A stretch of 64,000 nt of DNA from Chiloscyllium plagiosum (GCF_004010195.1 NC_057726.1:69240608-69304607), one strand, 5' to 3'. Shown: positions 36,240-50,679, counted from the stretch's first letter. The notes: generated from the sequence alone by a model not told the origin. Translations and numbers: made by a program.

Positions 36240-37980
36240 ATGATACGCCAGGAGGTAGAAAAGGTGTGCAAAAAAGACAACGTTACAGTGATTATGGGGG
36301 AGTTCAATACGCAGGTGAAATGGGAAAATCAAGTTTGGTGTTGGATTGCTAGAAAAAGATTTTTTGGAATGTCTACTAGATGACCTTTTGGAGCAGCTTG
36401 TGGTACAGTCTACTAGGGAACTGGCAATACTGGATTTAGTGCTGTGCAATGAGGCAGACTTGATAAGGGAGCATATGATGAAGGAATCCTTCAGAGGCAG
36501 TGATCATAAGTCTCTGGGAAGCTAGAGAGGAGATTGCAGGTCCTTGGGCTTTGACCTTTGTGTTGTCATTGTCTGCCAGAAGACTTGAGGATAGCAAATG
36601 TCCCCTTGTTCAAGGTGGGGAGCAGAGACAACACTGGTAATTATAGACCAGTGAGCCTTACTTCAGTTCTGGGTAAAGGGTTGGAAAGGATTAGAGCAGA
36701 TAGGATTTATAATAATCTAGAAAGAAATAATTTGGTTATGAATTGTGAACACGGTTTTGGAAGGGTAAGTCAGGCCTCACAAAGCTTTTTGAGTTCTTTG
36801 AGAAGGTGACCAGACAGGTGAATGAAGGTAAAGTGGTTGATGTGGTGTATATGGATTTCAGTAAAGGTTCCCTACGGTTACCTATTACACAAAATACAGA
36901 GGCATAGGATTGAGGGTGATTTAGCAGTTTGGATCAAAAATTGGCTTGCTGTAAGAAGGCAGCGAGTGATGGTTGTTGGGAAATGTTCATCCTGGAGTTC
37001 AGTTACTAGTGGTGTATTGCAAAGATCTAGTTTGGGGTCACTGCTGTTTCTTATTTTTTATAAATGACCTGGATGAGAGTGTCGAAGGATGGGTTAGTAA
37101 ATTTTGTGGATGACACTAAAGTCTGTGATGAGTGCAAAAGGATATTGTAGGTTACAAAGGGATACAGATCAGCTGCAGAGCTTGGCTGAGAGTTGGTAAA
37201 TGGAGTTTAATGTGGAAAAGTCTGAAGTGATTCACTTTGGAAGGAGTAACAGGAATACAGAGTCCTGGGTTAATGGTCAGGTTCTTGGTAGTGTGAATGA
37301 GCAGAGAGATCCCAGTGTCCATGCGCATCGATACCTGAAAGTTCTTTATTCTGGTTGATAGGCAGGCATACAATGTGTTAAGTTCTATTGGTAGAGGGAT
37401 TGAGTTTTGGAGCCAGGAGGTCATGTTGCAGCTGTACAAAACTCTGGTGCAGCCTCACTTGGAGTATTGCGTACACTTCTGGTTGCCACATTATAGGATG
37501 GGTGTGAAGCATTGGAAAGAATGCAGAGGAGATTTACCAAAATGTTGCCTCGCATGGAGGGAATGTATTATGAGGAAAGGGTGAGGTACTTCAGGCTTAA
37601 AGAGAAGAAGTTTGAGAGACGACTTAATAGGGACTTACAAGATGGTCAGAGGATTAGATAGGGTGGACTGTGAGAGCCTTTTTCCTTAAATGGTGATGGC
37701 TAGCACGAGGGGACATAGCTTTATTTTGAGGGGTGATAGATGTGGGACAGATGCCAGAGGTAGATTCTTTACTCAGGGAGTAGTAATGGCGTGGAACGCA
37801 CTTCCTGCAACTGTGGTAGACTCGCCAACTTTAAGGGCATTTAAATGGTCATTGGATAAATTATGGATGAAAATGGAATAGTGTCGATTAGATGCACTTC
37901 AGATTGGTTCCACAGGTCAGTGCAACATCAAGGGCCGAAGGGTCTGCATTGCGTTGTAATGTTCTATGTTCTAAATTCTA
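36240..37980 (+). mobile_element. CR1 LINE ORF2 remnants
   Basis: TVIMGEFN, GNYRPVSLTSV, LYKTLVQPHLEYC; ttctatgttcta tail. Confidence 0.88.
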
Positions 37981-39259
37981 TTAACATCGACCTAATTTAT
38001 TGTCAGCAATTCGAACCATTACTGTCCAAAGGACAATTTATAATGTTGCTGTCTTGGCGTAGGTTTGTTTTACTTTCATTCAGTACAAATTATCCATCCC
38101 CTATTTCCAATTTTGTAATTTACTTACTGATACACTGCAGCAAAAACAGAAATTGCTGGAGAAACTCAACAAGGCTGGCACCATTCCATTCCTGAAGCGT
38201 ACTGTATCCTGCTTGATTCCATTGCTGCACCCTGGTTAATTCCGTGGCCAATCAGAGAAAGACTCTGCTAATAATAAATAGAGTGGAGCTCCATAGCTCA
38301 ATGACATTAATGAATGAAATGAATCCAAATAAGGATTTTACTGTGGCATGAATCCATTTTTATTTTTGCGATGATGCGATGGATCATTTACAGTAAATGA
38401 GCATCACTTCAACTAACATTTTTCCATGTTTGAAAAGAAACAGAAGAACTGCGGATACTGGAGTTCAGAAAGAACGAACAGAACTTAGACTTCTGAGGAA
38501 CCGAAGCGTTACTTCTGATTTATCCCTTTAGAAGTTGCCAGACCTGCTGAGCTTTTTTTCCAGCAATTTCTGTTTTTTCCATGTTTGAAAAAGACAGTTA
38601 GCCAGAATTGTGCGGCCAGAAACTGCATGGATTCTGTGACATATGACTCAGGGGTCTACCCTTTGCCAGCTACAAAAGAAGATTATGATGCAATACCCGC
38701 TAAATTCTGTATGCACATAACTGCAACAATATTCTACAGTAGTCTGAATAAAATCTATCGATGACAGTACCCACAGGGCAGTATATAATCACTCTATTAG
38801 GGTCACTCTGCTTGCAGCAAGCATCATCTACAAAATGCACTGTGTTCCTTGACAAGCCTTTTAAAACACAAACTCTCAAATCCCTGGGCTTAATGCCAAC
38901 AAAGGCAGGAGGGAAGGCCGCAAGGGAGAACAAGCACAGCTGATTTCTCTGCACAGTTAAAAGAAGACTTGACCGAACACACATCACCCTTCCTTCACCA
39001 TGGTGGGATCAGAATGCTACAAATTGATGAGTGAGAACACAGCACAAATATTTTTATAATCTCAAAAGTAGCAATTAAAGATAACTTCACTAAATTGCAT
39101 AGTCAAGGCAATTGTGATATATATGCAATAGGAATTAGTATTTGATGTACCCACAGGATGTCCATATTATTTTAAATTCTTTAAACTAGTGAGAGATATT
39201 TAAATAGCTATGCTAGACTCGAGAGCTTTGACGAACAGTAGCCAGCTTTCTGAATTATA

Positions 39260-41410
39260 CTAAATTGGAGGAAGGCTAATTTTGACCGCATTGGGCAAGA
39301 ACTTTAAAAAGTTGATTGGGGGCAAATATTTGCAGGTAAAGGGACAGCTGGAAAATGGGAAGCCCTCAAAAATGAGATAACGAGAGTCCATAGACAGTGT
39401 ATTCCTGTTTGGGTGAGACAAAGCTGGTAGGTGTAGGGAATGCTGGCTGAGAGAGAAATTGAGGTTTTGCTCAAGAAAAAAAGGAAGCATATGTCAGATA
39501 TAGACAACAGGGATCGAGTGAATCCTTAGAAGAAGATAAAGGCAGTAAGAGTATACATAAGAGGGAAATCAGGAAGGCAAAAATGGGACATGAGATAGCT
39601 TTGGCAAACACGAGAATCCAAAGGGATTTTATAAGTATATTTAAGGATAAAAGGTTAACTAGGGAGAGAATAGGGTCCCTCAAAGTACAGCAAGACAGCC
39701 GACGTGTGGAACTGCAGGAGATGGGGAGATACTAAATGAGTATTTTGCATCAGTGTTCACTGTGGAGAAGGACAGAGAAGATATAAAATGTCGGGAAATT
39801 GATAGTGACATCTTGAAAAATATCCATGTTACAGAGGAAGAGGTGCTGGATGTTTTAAAATGCGTAAAAGTGGATAAATCCCCAAGAACTAATCAGTTGT
39901 ACCCCAAAACTCTGGGAAGCAAGGGAAGTGATTGCTGGGCCTCTTGCTGAGATATTAGTAGTCACAGGTGAAGTGCCAGAATACTAGAGATCGGCTAATA
40001 TGGTGCCACTATTTAAGTAAGGTGGCAAAGAAAAACCAGGGAACTATAGACTGGTGAGCCTCATATCAGTGGTGAACACGTTGCTGGAGGGAATCCCGAG
40101 GGACAGGATTTACATACATTTGGAAAGGAAAGGACTGAATAGGGATAGTCTGCATGTCATTGTGTGTGGGAAATTGCATCTCATGAACTTGGTTTATTTT
40201 TTTTGAAGAAATAGCGAAGAGGATTGATGAGGACAGATTAGTGGACATGATCTAAAGAGATTTTGGTAAGGCGTTCGACAAGGTTCCTCGTGGTAGACGG
40301 GTCAGCAAGATTAGATCTCGTAGAGTACAGGGAGAACTAGCCATTGGTTACAGAACTGGCTCGAAGGTAGAATGCAGAGGGTGGTCATGGAGGGTTGCCT
40401 TTCAGACTGGAAGCCTGCGACCAATGGTGTGCCACACGGTTCAGTGCTGGGTCCACTGCTTTTTGTCATTTATCTAAATGACTTGGGTGTGAACATAGGA
40501 GATATAGTTAGTAAGTTTGCAGATGACACCAAAATTGTAGATATAGTTGACAGAGAAGAATGTTACCTCAGAGTGTATTGGGATCTTGATCAGATGGGTC
40601 AATGGGTCAAGGAGAGGCCATTGAAGTTTAATTTAGGTAAATGTGAGGTGTTGCACATTGGAAAGGCAAATCAAAACAGGACCTATACACTTAATGGTAA
40701 TGTCCTAGGGAGTGTTGCTGAACAAAGAGACCTTGGAGTGCGGGTTCATAGCTCCTTGAAAGTGGAGTCTCAGGTAGATAGGATGATGAAGAAAGCATTT
40801 GGTATGCTTTCCTTTATTGGTCAGAGCACTGAGTATAGGAGTTGGGAGGTCATGTTGCGGCTATGCATGACATTGTTTAGGCCACTTTTGGAATATTGCA
40901 ATTCTGGTCTCCTTCCTATCGGAAAGATGTTGTGACACTTGAAAGGGTTCAGAAAAGATTCATGAGGATGTTGCCAGGGTTGGAGGATTTGAGCTATAGG
41001 GAAAGGCTGCATTTGTGTGCCTATTTTCCCTGGTGCATCAGAGACGTTATAGACGTCTATAAAGTCATGAGGGGCATGGATATGGCAAATGTACAATGTC
41101 TTTTCCTTGGGGTGGTGGAGTTCAGAACCAGAGGGGTGAGAGGGGTAAAATTTAAAACGGACGTCAGGACAACTTTTTCATGCAGAGGGTGGTGTGAGAA
41201 TGGAATTAACTGCACGAGGATGTGGTGGAGGGTGGTGCAATTACAGCATTTAAAAGCATCTGGAGGAGTATATAAATAAGAACAGTATAGAGTTATATGG
41301 GCCAAGTGCTGACAAATGGCATTAGATTAGGTAAGGATACCTGGTCGACATGGACATGTTGGACCAAAGGGTCAGTTTCCGTGCTGTACATCTCCATGAC
41401 TCGATGATTC
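39260..41410 (+). mobile_element. CR1 LINE ORF2 remnant
   Basis: 187-aa ORF GVPHGSVLGPLLFVIYLNDL...SKFADDTK; 3' tail at ~41400. Confidence 0.9.
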
Positions 41411-41545
41411 ACTGCATATAGTGCTGGCCAGAAACGCGCAAAAGATCTCACAACCAGCACAGTTGTCTGTTATTTTATTCCATGAAATATCTCTTCAGTG
41501 CTGTGTATGTTTACACTGGCCCAATCAGAGTTCAGTGACACTCAC

Positions 41546-41866
41546 GATGTACGATCAGCCCTGTCCCATTTCCATTGAAAATCTTCCTGCCCGAGACCCT
41601 AATGCTGCAATAATAGATTCCAGAGTCCTGGAAATGTGGATTCAGCAGCTGGAGCTCAGTAGATCCTTGCTTGAATGGTAACATTATTTTCCTTGGCTCT
41701 GCTGTCAGATCCAAAGTTTGGCCCTGGTCGCCTTTCTGCCAGGAAACTTCTACTGCTGAGTTATGACTGAATAGCGGAATGGAACAATACATGGACACAT
41801 TTGTACCTTCCACTTCAGTCAGGCATGCAGAGATCTGAGTTACAGAGAAAGGGGTTTCTTTGGCAG
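41546..41866 (-). CDS. Gene B exon: germline-joined VJ-type Ig V domain (NKp30/NCR3-like features)
   Basis: Acceptor cttttgctgacag|, donor CATC|gtgagt, 321 nt, phase 1-1. ...SVTQ...VSMYC...VSW...LQL...DSGIYYC...FNGNGTGLIVH contains a J-like GxGTxLxV motif. Confidence 0.92.
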
Positions 41867-41967
41867 CTGTCAGCAAAAGAAGAAACACACACACATATAT
41901 AAGCATGAAACCTTTCAATGCAGAAATGTCTGCAGTTTCCTTTACTCACTTTGCTATTTATAAAGCA

Positions 41968-42886
41968 TAAACCAAAACATCCGCCGACATTTCCGCCACA
42001 TCCAAACGAAACCCACCACCAGGGATGTATTTCCCTCCCCACCCTTTACACCTTCCGCAAAGTCCACTCCCTCCGTGACTACCTGGTCAGGTCCACACCC
42101 TCTTACAACCCACCCATCCTGGCACCTTCCCCTGCCACTGCAGGAATTGTAAAACCTGCGCACACACCTCCTCCCTCACCTCTATCCAAGGCCCTAAAGG
42201 TGCCTTCCACATCCATCAAAGTTTTACCTGTACATTCCCAATATCATTTATTGTATCTGTTGTCCCGATGCGCTCTCCACTACATTGGGGAGACTGGATG
42301 CCTCCTAGCAGAACGCTTTAGGGAACATCTCTGGGACACCCGCACCAATCAGCCACACCGCCCTGTGGCCCAACATTTCAACTCTCCCTCCCACTCTGCC
42401 GAGGACATGGAGGTCCTGGGCCTCCTTCACCGCCGCTCCCTCACCACCGATGCCGAGAGGAAGAACGCCTCATCTTCTGCCTTGGATCACTTCAACCCCA
42501 GGGCATCAATGTGGACTTCAACGGTTTCCTCATTTCCCCTTCCCCCACCTCACCCCAGTTCTAAACTTCCAGCTCAGCACTGTCCCCATGAACTTGTCCT
42601 ATTTGCCTATCTTCTTTTCCACCTATCCACTCCACCCTCCCCTTAACCTATCACCTTCATCCCCTCCCCCACTCACCTATTGTACTTTATGCTATTTTCT
42701 CCCCAATCCCACCCTCCTCTCACTTACCTCTCCACCCTTCAAGCTCTCTGCCTGTATTCCTGATGAAGGACTTTTGCCCAAAACGTCGATTTTACTGCTC
42801 CTCGGATGTTGCCTGAACTGCTGTGCTTTTCCAGCACCACTCTAATCTAGACTCTGGTTTCCAGCATCTGCAGTCATTGTTTTTAC
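41968..42886 (+). mobile_element. Penelope-like element (5'-truncated, GIY-YIG endonuclease + terminal repeat) in the gene B leader intron
   Basis: HYIGETGCLLAERFREHL...PVAQHFNSPSHS; 14-bp TSD CTATTTATAAAGCA at 41954-41967 and 42887-42900. Confidence 0.9.
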
Positions 42887-42917
42887 CTATTTATAAAGCA
42901 AGTCATATTTCGTATAC

Positions 42918-42972
42918 CTGTGTAAATAATACCCAGGATTAAAAGGGACCACGATATTGCAAGCACAGGCAT
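42918..42972 (-). CDS. Gene B leader (signal peptide) exon
   Basis: caaaATG at 42972; MPVLAISWSLLILGIIYT; phase-1 donor ACAG|gtatac. Confidence 0.85.
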
Positions 42973-45944
42973 TTTGACCAAAATCGATGAACATAAACTC
43001 TCTCTGCAACTCACTTAAAAAAGATGGATAGAAGCACCTGAAAACGTTATGGCATTGAGGGCGTTGCAGTAAATCTTAGCAAATATAACTGAACCGCAAC
43101 ATCAGGACTCTGTTCTGGTCGATGTTAGAATTGAAAGTATATTGTGGAACTTTAATCCACTCCCCTCTCGTTGACGCTGAACACAATATGCATTTTTGTA
43201 TGCACTGAAAGTTTCTGAATTGTTCCAGTTCTTAGCGAATTGTCCAATTCGTGCTCGCATATTCATGGCAGTATAATGACAGAGTCAGTTTTAATTCACC
43301 GTTATCACTGCATCTCCGGGCTTTAGGATGAATATGTACTGTGGAAACTCAACCACAAGTTCTGGTAGTATTGTAATTTTTTTTTGAAAAACAAAACTGT
43401 GGTGATTTGGTGTTGAGTCCAATACACTTTGACCTAACAATGGCACTCTGAAATTGATAGGCACGTTTGATTCTCGCCCCATTCATAGAAATAATGGAAT
43501 GGAACATGATTCCACATTAAACAAAACGTTAACAAATTTTCTTTCAAAACCCTATACCCAATGGGGGAAGCGATTTTGCTAACTGCCCTGCATATGGTCA
43601 CAGTATAATGCAGCTGGCGATTGTGCAATGTTAGCTGTTTTTGTTGCTTTTTTTAAATCTCTGCTGCCGATCTATTTCCTGTTCTTTACTGATTCAGTAC
43701 ACTATTGTTAACAGGTGCAGGTATTGACATGTACCTGATGCTTGTGTCTGGTTGACAGAACTGCTCATGATGGAAAATTTGCATTTGATCTTGCTTTCAT
43801 TGACTATGATAATTACTGCAAGGAGATTTCTTCTTTTTTCTCTGGTGACTCAGCACTTCTGTTGGTATCACTTCATAATGTCCGACTTTGTGATGGTGAT
43901 CCCAGTGAGTGTTTAGTGCTGATGGCTACGATGTGAGTGCTTCTTTTAGTGGAAACTCAATGTTGCTTGCTATGACTCAGAGTTTCTGCTGAGATTACGC
44001 CAGTGCTGCAGGTGATGGTGCTATACATTATTGCTGAGACCTACTCAGGGTGAGTGATCATCATGCTATTGATGAATTCTACTGTTCGTTATTGTGTAAT
44101 TAATTTATTTGTGATTGGGTGATTGGCTGCTGTTGACTGAGCCGCAGTGCTGCTTTCCTATGTATGGAACTGGTTGTGTAAAATCCACATGGTTAAAAGC
44201 TTTCCCTGGTGATCTCTAACAATTTTGCTGAGGAGAGGCTCCCGTGAATTACTCACTTTTGGCATGTCTATAAGGGTATTATATAGATGGATAAGTTTTC
44301 TCATCATAGCATATACGTTTTGAAAGTGTGCCACTTGTGTTTTGATTGTGTGTGTTTATCTTGTATGAGTACCTTGTGTTATCTGTGTGTCTGAGTGTGA
44401 CGGCTCGTGTGTATTGGGATTACTTGTGGATTACTTGTGGATTACACGTTTATGTGTTGTATTTTACTGAGTTTACCTTGCTCTGATGAATGATTGCCAC
44501 GTAAATTCTTCACGTTGCATGTTTGTGTGCCCATCAGTGCGTTAGCTCTGTGTTCTGTCAGCTTTTGCACCAGTTCATGATCTTTCTCCAAATACTTGAT
44601 TCCAAACACAAGTAATCCCTTACGCACCTGCTCACCATTTGTTTGCTCGTTTCAATCTATCTGCACCATCTATTAACTGATACTTCATGCACTGTTTTGA
44701 TCTCAGACCTTCAGCTAGCTCTCTGGCATCTGAATTACTGAAGACAGTGTCACGTTTCTGTGTGAACTGCGCCCCCATTCTTCCTCGAACCTTCCAAGTT
44801 TTTCATCACGTTGCTCCCGGGGTGATTGGATTTCCGCAGCAATATATCGCACAGCCAAACAAGGGGCCTGCGATATCACGTTCAGTATTTAACAACATAC
44901 AATGAACAATACAGCGCAAGAACAGGCCATTCGGCTCTCCAAGTCTGCGCCGGTACAATTTGCCTTCCCATACTAAAACTAGTATGGAAATATGAAATAT
45001 AAATATGAAACCTGAACTGTGCACATTTATGCCATAGCAACTTGAATAGTTCAGAGTCCGGCTTAATGGCTTAAAGCGAAAATCCGTCAGTAAGATTTTG
45101 GACTAATGTCAAGATTACCTCACTGTAATATGATAGAAGTATTTCCACGGAGCTCAGTCAAATATTAATGAAGGTACAGACGTAGGGTCAGTGGGGAATG
45201 TTCAAATCTAATTTCATGTGATACAACATCACATTTTCTATTTACCCCCAAAAGGCTGGATCTCTGCTTGTCATAATAAGAGTTTGGCACTAATAAATAT
45301 GAAAAGTGACATCAGAGAAAACTCCTCAGTTCAGTGACTGATAATAGCTGTTAATTTGACGGTCTATTATCGTTCATTTTCAGATTGAAGGTAAATAGGA
45401 GAAATATTTACAGATTAGAAACTAGAAGACTAGTCGGAAATTTAAAAAACAAACAAACTAAGAAATAACTAAATAAAATAGTGATATAGTGCCAGGCGCT
45501 GTGTTGTGCCTGCACGATGAGTGAACAGGTGGATAGCTTTGTGGTTCGAAGAGATCATGTTTATAGCAAGTTTTGGTTGCTTGAGAAACGCAGCTCAGAA
45601 TTGATCATGTAGATATGACTTCCAACACTACAATGCATCTGGAAGGGTTACCTGGATGCTGTGTTTCATGAGGCAGTCACGCTTTTTAGATTAACTATCT
45701 CCAATTCTGCCAGTGATCAGGGTCGGGAAGGTGTGACAAAGAGCAAAAAAAACCAAAGAATTGCAGATGCAGGAAATCAGAAACAAACACAGAAATTGCT
45801 GGGAAAACTCAGTAAGTTAAAACTGAAGTCCTGAAGAAGGATTATTGGACCCAAAGCATTAACTCTGCTTTCTCTGACTCGAGGTACCCAGACCTGCTAA
45901 GATTTTGCTGGAAAATCTAAGCAGGTCTGGGTAGTGTCAGTGGA

Positions 45945-46294
45945 GAGAAAATCGATGTTTCGGGCAAAAGCCCTTCATCAGGAATAAAGGCAGAGAGCCT
46001 GAAGCATGGAGAGATAAGCTAGAGGAGGGTGGGGGTGGGGAGAGAGTAGCCTAGAGTACAATAGGTCAGTGGGGAAGGAGATTGTTCCCAATTCCTCTGC
46101 CTCCGCTGTATCTGCTCCCAGGAGGAGCGGTTCCACCATAGAACACACCAGGTTGCCTCCTTCTTTAGAGACCGCAATTTCCCTTCCCATGTGGTTAAAG
46201 ATGCCCTCCAACGCATCTCATCCACATCCCATACCTCCGCCCTCAGACTCAACCCCTCCAACCGCAACAAGGACAGAACGCCCCTGGTGCTCAC
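45945..46294. mobile_element. PLE fragment (inverted terminal repeat + internal part) running into the gap
   Basis: Minus-strand CUGAUGA-A-GGGC-UUUU-GCCC-GAAACAUC at ~45953-45981, then plus-strand PLE ORF remnant (RNKDRTPLVL). Confidence 0.75.
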
Positions 46295-47105
46295 NNNNNN
46301 NNNNNNNNNNNNNNNNNNNNNNNNNNNNNNNNNNNNNNNNNNNNNNNNNNNNNNNNNNNNNNNNNNNNNNNNNNNNNNNNNNNNNNNNNNNNNNNNNNNN
46401 NNNNNNNNNNNNNNNNNNNNNNNNNNNNNNNNNNNNNNNNNNNNNNNNNNNNNNNNNNNNNNNNNNNNNNNNNNNNNNNNNNNNNNNNNNNNNNNNNNNN
46501 NNNNNNNNNNNNNNNNNNNNNNNNNNNNNNNNNNNNNNNNNNNNNNNNNNNNNNNNNNNNNNNNNNNNNNNNNNNNNNNNNNNNNNNNNNNNNNNNNNNN
46601 NNNNNNNNNNNNNNNNNNNNNNNNNNNNNNNNNNNNNNNNNNNNNNNNNNNNNNNNNNNNNNNNNNNNNNNNNNNNNNNNNNNNNNNNNNNNNNNNNNNN
46701 NNNNNNNNNNNNNNNNNNNNNNNNNNNNNNNNNNNNNNNNNNNNNNNNNNNNNNNNNNNNNNNNNNNNNNNNNNNNNNNNNNNNNNNNNNNNNNNNNNNN
46801 NNNNNNNNNNNNNNNNNNNNNNNNNNNNNNNNNNNNNNNNNNNNNNNNNNNNNNNNNNNNNNNNNNNNNNNNNNNNNNNNNNNNNNNNNNNNNNNNNNNN
46901 NNNNNNNNNNNNNNNNNNNNNNNNNNNNNNNNNNNNNNNNNNNNNNNNNNNNNNNNNNNNNNNNNNNNNNNNNNNNNNNNNNNNNNNNNNNNNNNNNNNN
47001 NNNNNNNNNNNNNNNNNNNNNNNNNNNNNNNNNNNNNNNNNNNNNNNNNNNNNNNNNNNNNNNNNNNNNNNNNNNNNNNNNNNNNNNNNNNNNNNNNNNN
47101 NNNNN
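46295..47105. other. Assembly gap (811 N)
   Basis: Run of N. Confidence 0.99.
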
Positions 47106-47130
47106 TCTCTCTCTCTCTCTCTCTCTCTGT

Positions 47131-47165
<35 letters not shown>

Positions 47166-47186
47166 AGTCTCTCTCTCTCTCTCTCT
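47106..47186. repeat. (CT)n microsatellite
   Basis: Interrupted tctctc run next to the gap. Confidence 0.95.
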
Positions 47187-50100
47187 ATTAATCTATCTCT
47201 CTCACTCACTTGCACCCCTCCCCGCACCCCCACCCCAAACCCTCATTGGAAACCCAACATTTAATAAGAATAGGGCTGCATCTCAAGGCAGTCAGAGAGA
47301 GAGAGGGAAGAAGAGGGAGTGAATGAGTGCGAGGTAGTGAGAGAACCCGAGTGGTAGAACAGAATTGGAATGGGATTTGACCAGGAATCGGTGAGATCCA
47401 GCCCCTGTGAACAGCACCCCCTCAGCAGGTTCCCCTCCGAGCCCCTCACCATCCCGACTTGGAAATACATTGGCCGTTCCTTCAGGATCAGAATCCTGGA
47501 CCTCCCTCATGAAGAGTGTTGTTCCTGTCTCACATTGAGGGGGGGGGGGGGGGGGGGGGGGATTGCATGGAGAATGAGCAAACTACACATAACACATGAT
47601 TGGGAGAGGAGAGAAAAGATGATCAGAGCAATAGGCCCTGCTCTTCGTGGCCAGGATTCAGAGACCTGAAGGCAATACCAACTGCCTAGAGCCCAGCTTC
47701 AGAATATCATGCTTGGATGGAAAAGGAACTTGGATTGGGAGGTAAAAGATCTACCGTTGGTCCATAGAGATGTCAATGATATAGGTAGAAAGAGGAAAGC
47801 GGTTCTGCTCACGGAATATGAACAAGTAGAGGCTAAATGAATAAACAGCCCCAAAAATGCAATAATTTCCAGATTACTACCTGAGCCACAAGCAAAACAG
47901 CAGAGGGCCAACAAGATTAAAGAGATAAATATATATTTCAAAGATTTATATGGGGAAATGGGTTCAAATCCATGGGGCGGTGACACGAGTACTGCCATTT
48001 GTAAAACAATGTTGCCTATGATGATCCAATAAACTTCCAACTAGATTGTTAAATGCACCATGGTAGGACATTGTATTACATTACAGTCCAGATAAATGAT
48101 GTTCACTGCTTCCCTCATTGTCCTCTGCAATGCCTATATCGATTTTTGTATTTACTGAAATCGAACAGGCTTGACCATTTTCAGAATGACGGAATATCTT
48201 GAAAATCATGGACTTCTTCTGCAGAAAGATCTGCCTTGTGTCCAGAGAGTTTGCTTTTACGAACCAAATTATTCAGTAGAAGAACAACAAGATAATGCCG
48301 GGGCAACATAAAATGATGTTTAATTCACAACTGAAGTACTTCATGCTGTTCGAGTCACCACGTTGTGGAAGGGATACTATTGGACTAAACTACTGGTTTA
48401 AATTAAGGTGCAGGAGGTAAGAGGAGTTTTTGTTGTTTTATTTAATCGGAGGGTGCTGCAACTCTGGAACACATTCCTTGAAAGGATGGTTGAATCAGAA
48501 TTCTTGCACCATGTAAGTAGCATTTCACGTCCAGACTGATTGGCCAAAAGTTGGAAAATGGGATGATAGCATTCAGAACTTTCTTTCCCATCGTGTATAC
48601 GATATGTCCAATGTCCTCATCATGTGCTGAAAACGGCTATGACCAATGTGTCTATGACAGACTGTATTTATCCGTGTCTGAAGTGTCGCAAATGGTGTTA
48701 GTTATTGTGCAATCAAATGGGCACTTGGAGAAAGGGCGAAATATGGTTGCACCTAAGGCATGCTCCTGTACAACTCCTGAATTTATATCGAGGTGCTGAG
48801 ATGATTGACCCCCAAACAACACAATGAGTTTATTTTGTGCTAGGTGTGACTTCAACCAATAAAGAGTTCCCCTATGATTCTCATTGAGAGGAATTTTACT
48901 GGGAGGCGTTGATGATGCACTCAGTCAATACTTGCCTTGTTGTGAGCGAAGCCATTTTCACCTCACCCTGAGCATAACTTATTAGTCCATGTTTGACCCA
49001 AACATTTAAGGAGGTTAGCAGGCAAGTCACGCGGGTGAAAATGCAAACTGAGTGCTTGTAACCGAGTCAGCTTCAGATTCATATTTATTCCAATTCACGT
49101 TCACGTTCAGAATAACGCACATATGGATTCAGCTTGGCTTTTGTGTCACATTTAGATTAAATCAGTTTTCACTTTCTATGCATTCAGATGAACATCCAGA
49201 GTCGGTTAACATCCGATTTACATTCACCCATATTCACATTCAGAAAAAAACTCAGATTCCGATGCAGAATGATTTAGTTTCATATGAGAATGACTGAAAT
49301 TCTCAAATAATCAGATTCGCATTGTAAAGAAGTGTTACTGGACTCAAAACATTAACTTTGCTTTCTCTCCAGAGATGCCGATTGACCAGTAGAGTTTCTC
49401 CAGCAATTTCTGTTTTTGTTTCAGATTTCTAACATCAGTAGGTCTTTGCCTTTTTTGCATTGTGAAGAATGTCATATGATTTGCTGGGTTTTTTTCTTGA
49501 GCCTTATTAAGGATTGGAACATGTTGATTTAGTTCATACTTACAAATATTCTGACTTGGTTATGGTTTGAATCAGATTCAAAATCAAATTTATTCAGATT
49601 CATGTTGATAATGCTTTTAATTTAGATTCACATTGGTTCCACTTCAAATTATGAATTACTGGGATTATTACACACCTTGAGAATGGGAACCCCGCAGATT
49701 CAGGTTCATATTTTCCCTGATTCCCCTGAGGTTTGGTTTCTTATTGATTCTATTTCACGGTAGAACTAATTCAGAGTTCAGTTACATTGATTCAGATACA
49801 CGTTCAGGGACAAATTCAGTATGTCAGGTAAGGCTGAGAATTATTCATTGTCAGTTTTAGATTACTTAGATTCTGATTTGTAGCTCAGGTTGAGATTCTG
49901 GATGTAAGTTTGATCGCTGAGTTGGAAGATTCGTTTTCTCTGATTCATAATGATTTAATCTCCAATTTAGATGAATTTAGTTTCACTTCCAAACACATTG
50001 TTACAAATCTAAACTTGGATTATTGCAGATTTACATTCAGAATGATTCAATTTCAGAGTTAAATTAATTTAGGTAAACATTCTCAATTATGCAAATTCAG

Positions 50101-50357
50101 ATGCTGAAATTTCTCATTGTTTCACTGGCAATCAATTGAACAAGAAAGACCTACGACTGGGTTCATCTTCCACTATGGCAAATGTTGGGCTTTGAATTCA
50201 ACGAATGTCTGGAGTGAACCTTTACCGATGACCATGAAAGAATTGTCAATTGCTACGCTGACGTCCTTTCGAGATGAAAACGGCCAGCCTCCGAATCCAG
50301 ATTCCGAGAAATGTCATTGATTCTTAACTTCTGTCTGAAATGACAAAGCATTTGTTT

Positions 50358-50679
50358 GATTAGATTAGATTACTTTACAGTGTGGAAACAGGCCCTTCGG
50401 CCCAACAAGTCCACACCGACCCGCCGAAGAGTAATCCACCCAGACCTATTCCCCTACATTTACCCCTGCACCTAACACTACGGGCAATTTAGCTTGGCCA
50501 ATTCACCTGACTTGCACATTTTTGGACTGTGGGAGGAAACCGGAGCACCCGGAGGAAACCCACGCAGACACGGGGAGAATGTGAAAACTCCAGACAGTCA
50601 GTCGCCTGAGGCGGGAATGGAACCCGGGTCTCTGGCGCTGTGAGGCAGCAGTGCTAACCACTGTGCCACCGTGCCGCCC
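50358..50679 (-). mobile_element. Full-length HE1-like tRNA-derived SINE
   Basis: Minus strand: A-box-like TGGCACAGTGG, B-box-like GGTTCCATTCC, SINE body, (taatc)n tail. Confidence 0.9.

Noticed and set aside
46019-47322. Long ORFs of 357-417 aa in the ORF track
   Set aside because: Artefacts of translating through the N gap and the (CT)n repeat.
47539-47561. G23 run as a functional G-quadruplex
   Set aside because: A simple homopolymer near an assembly gap; its length is unreliable and there is no supporting context.
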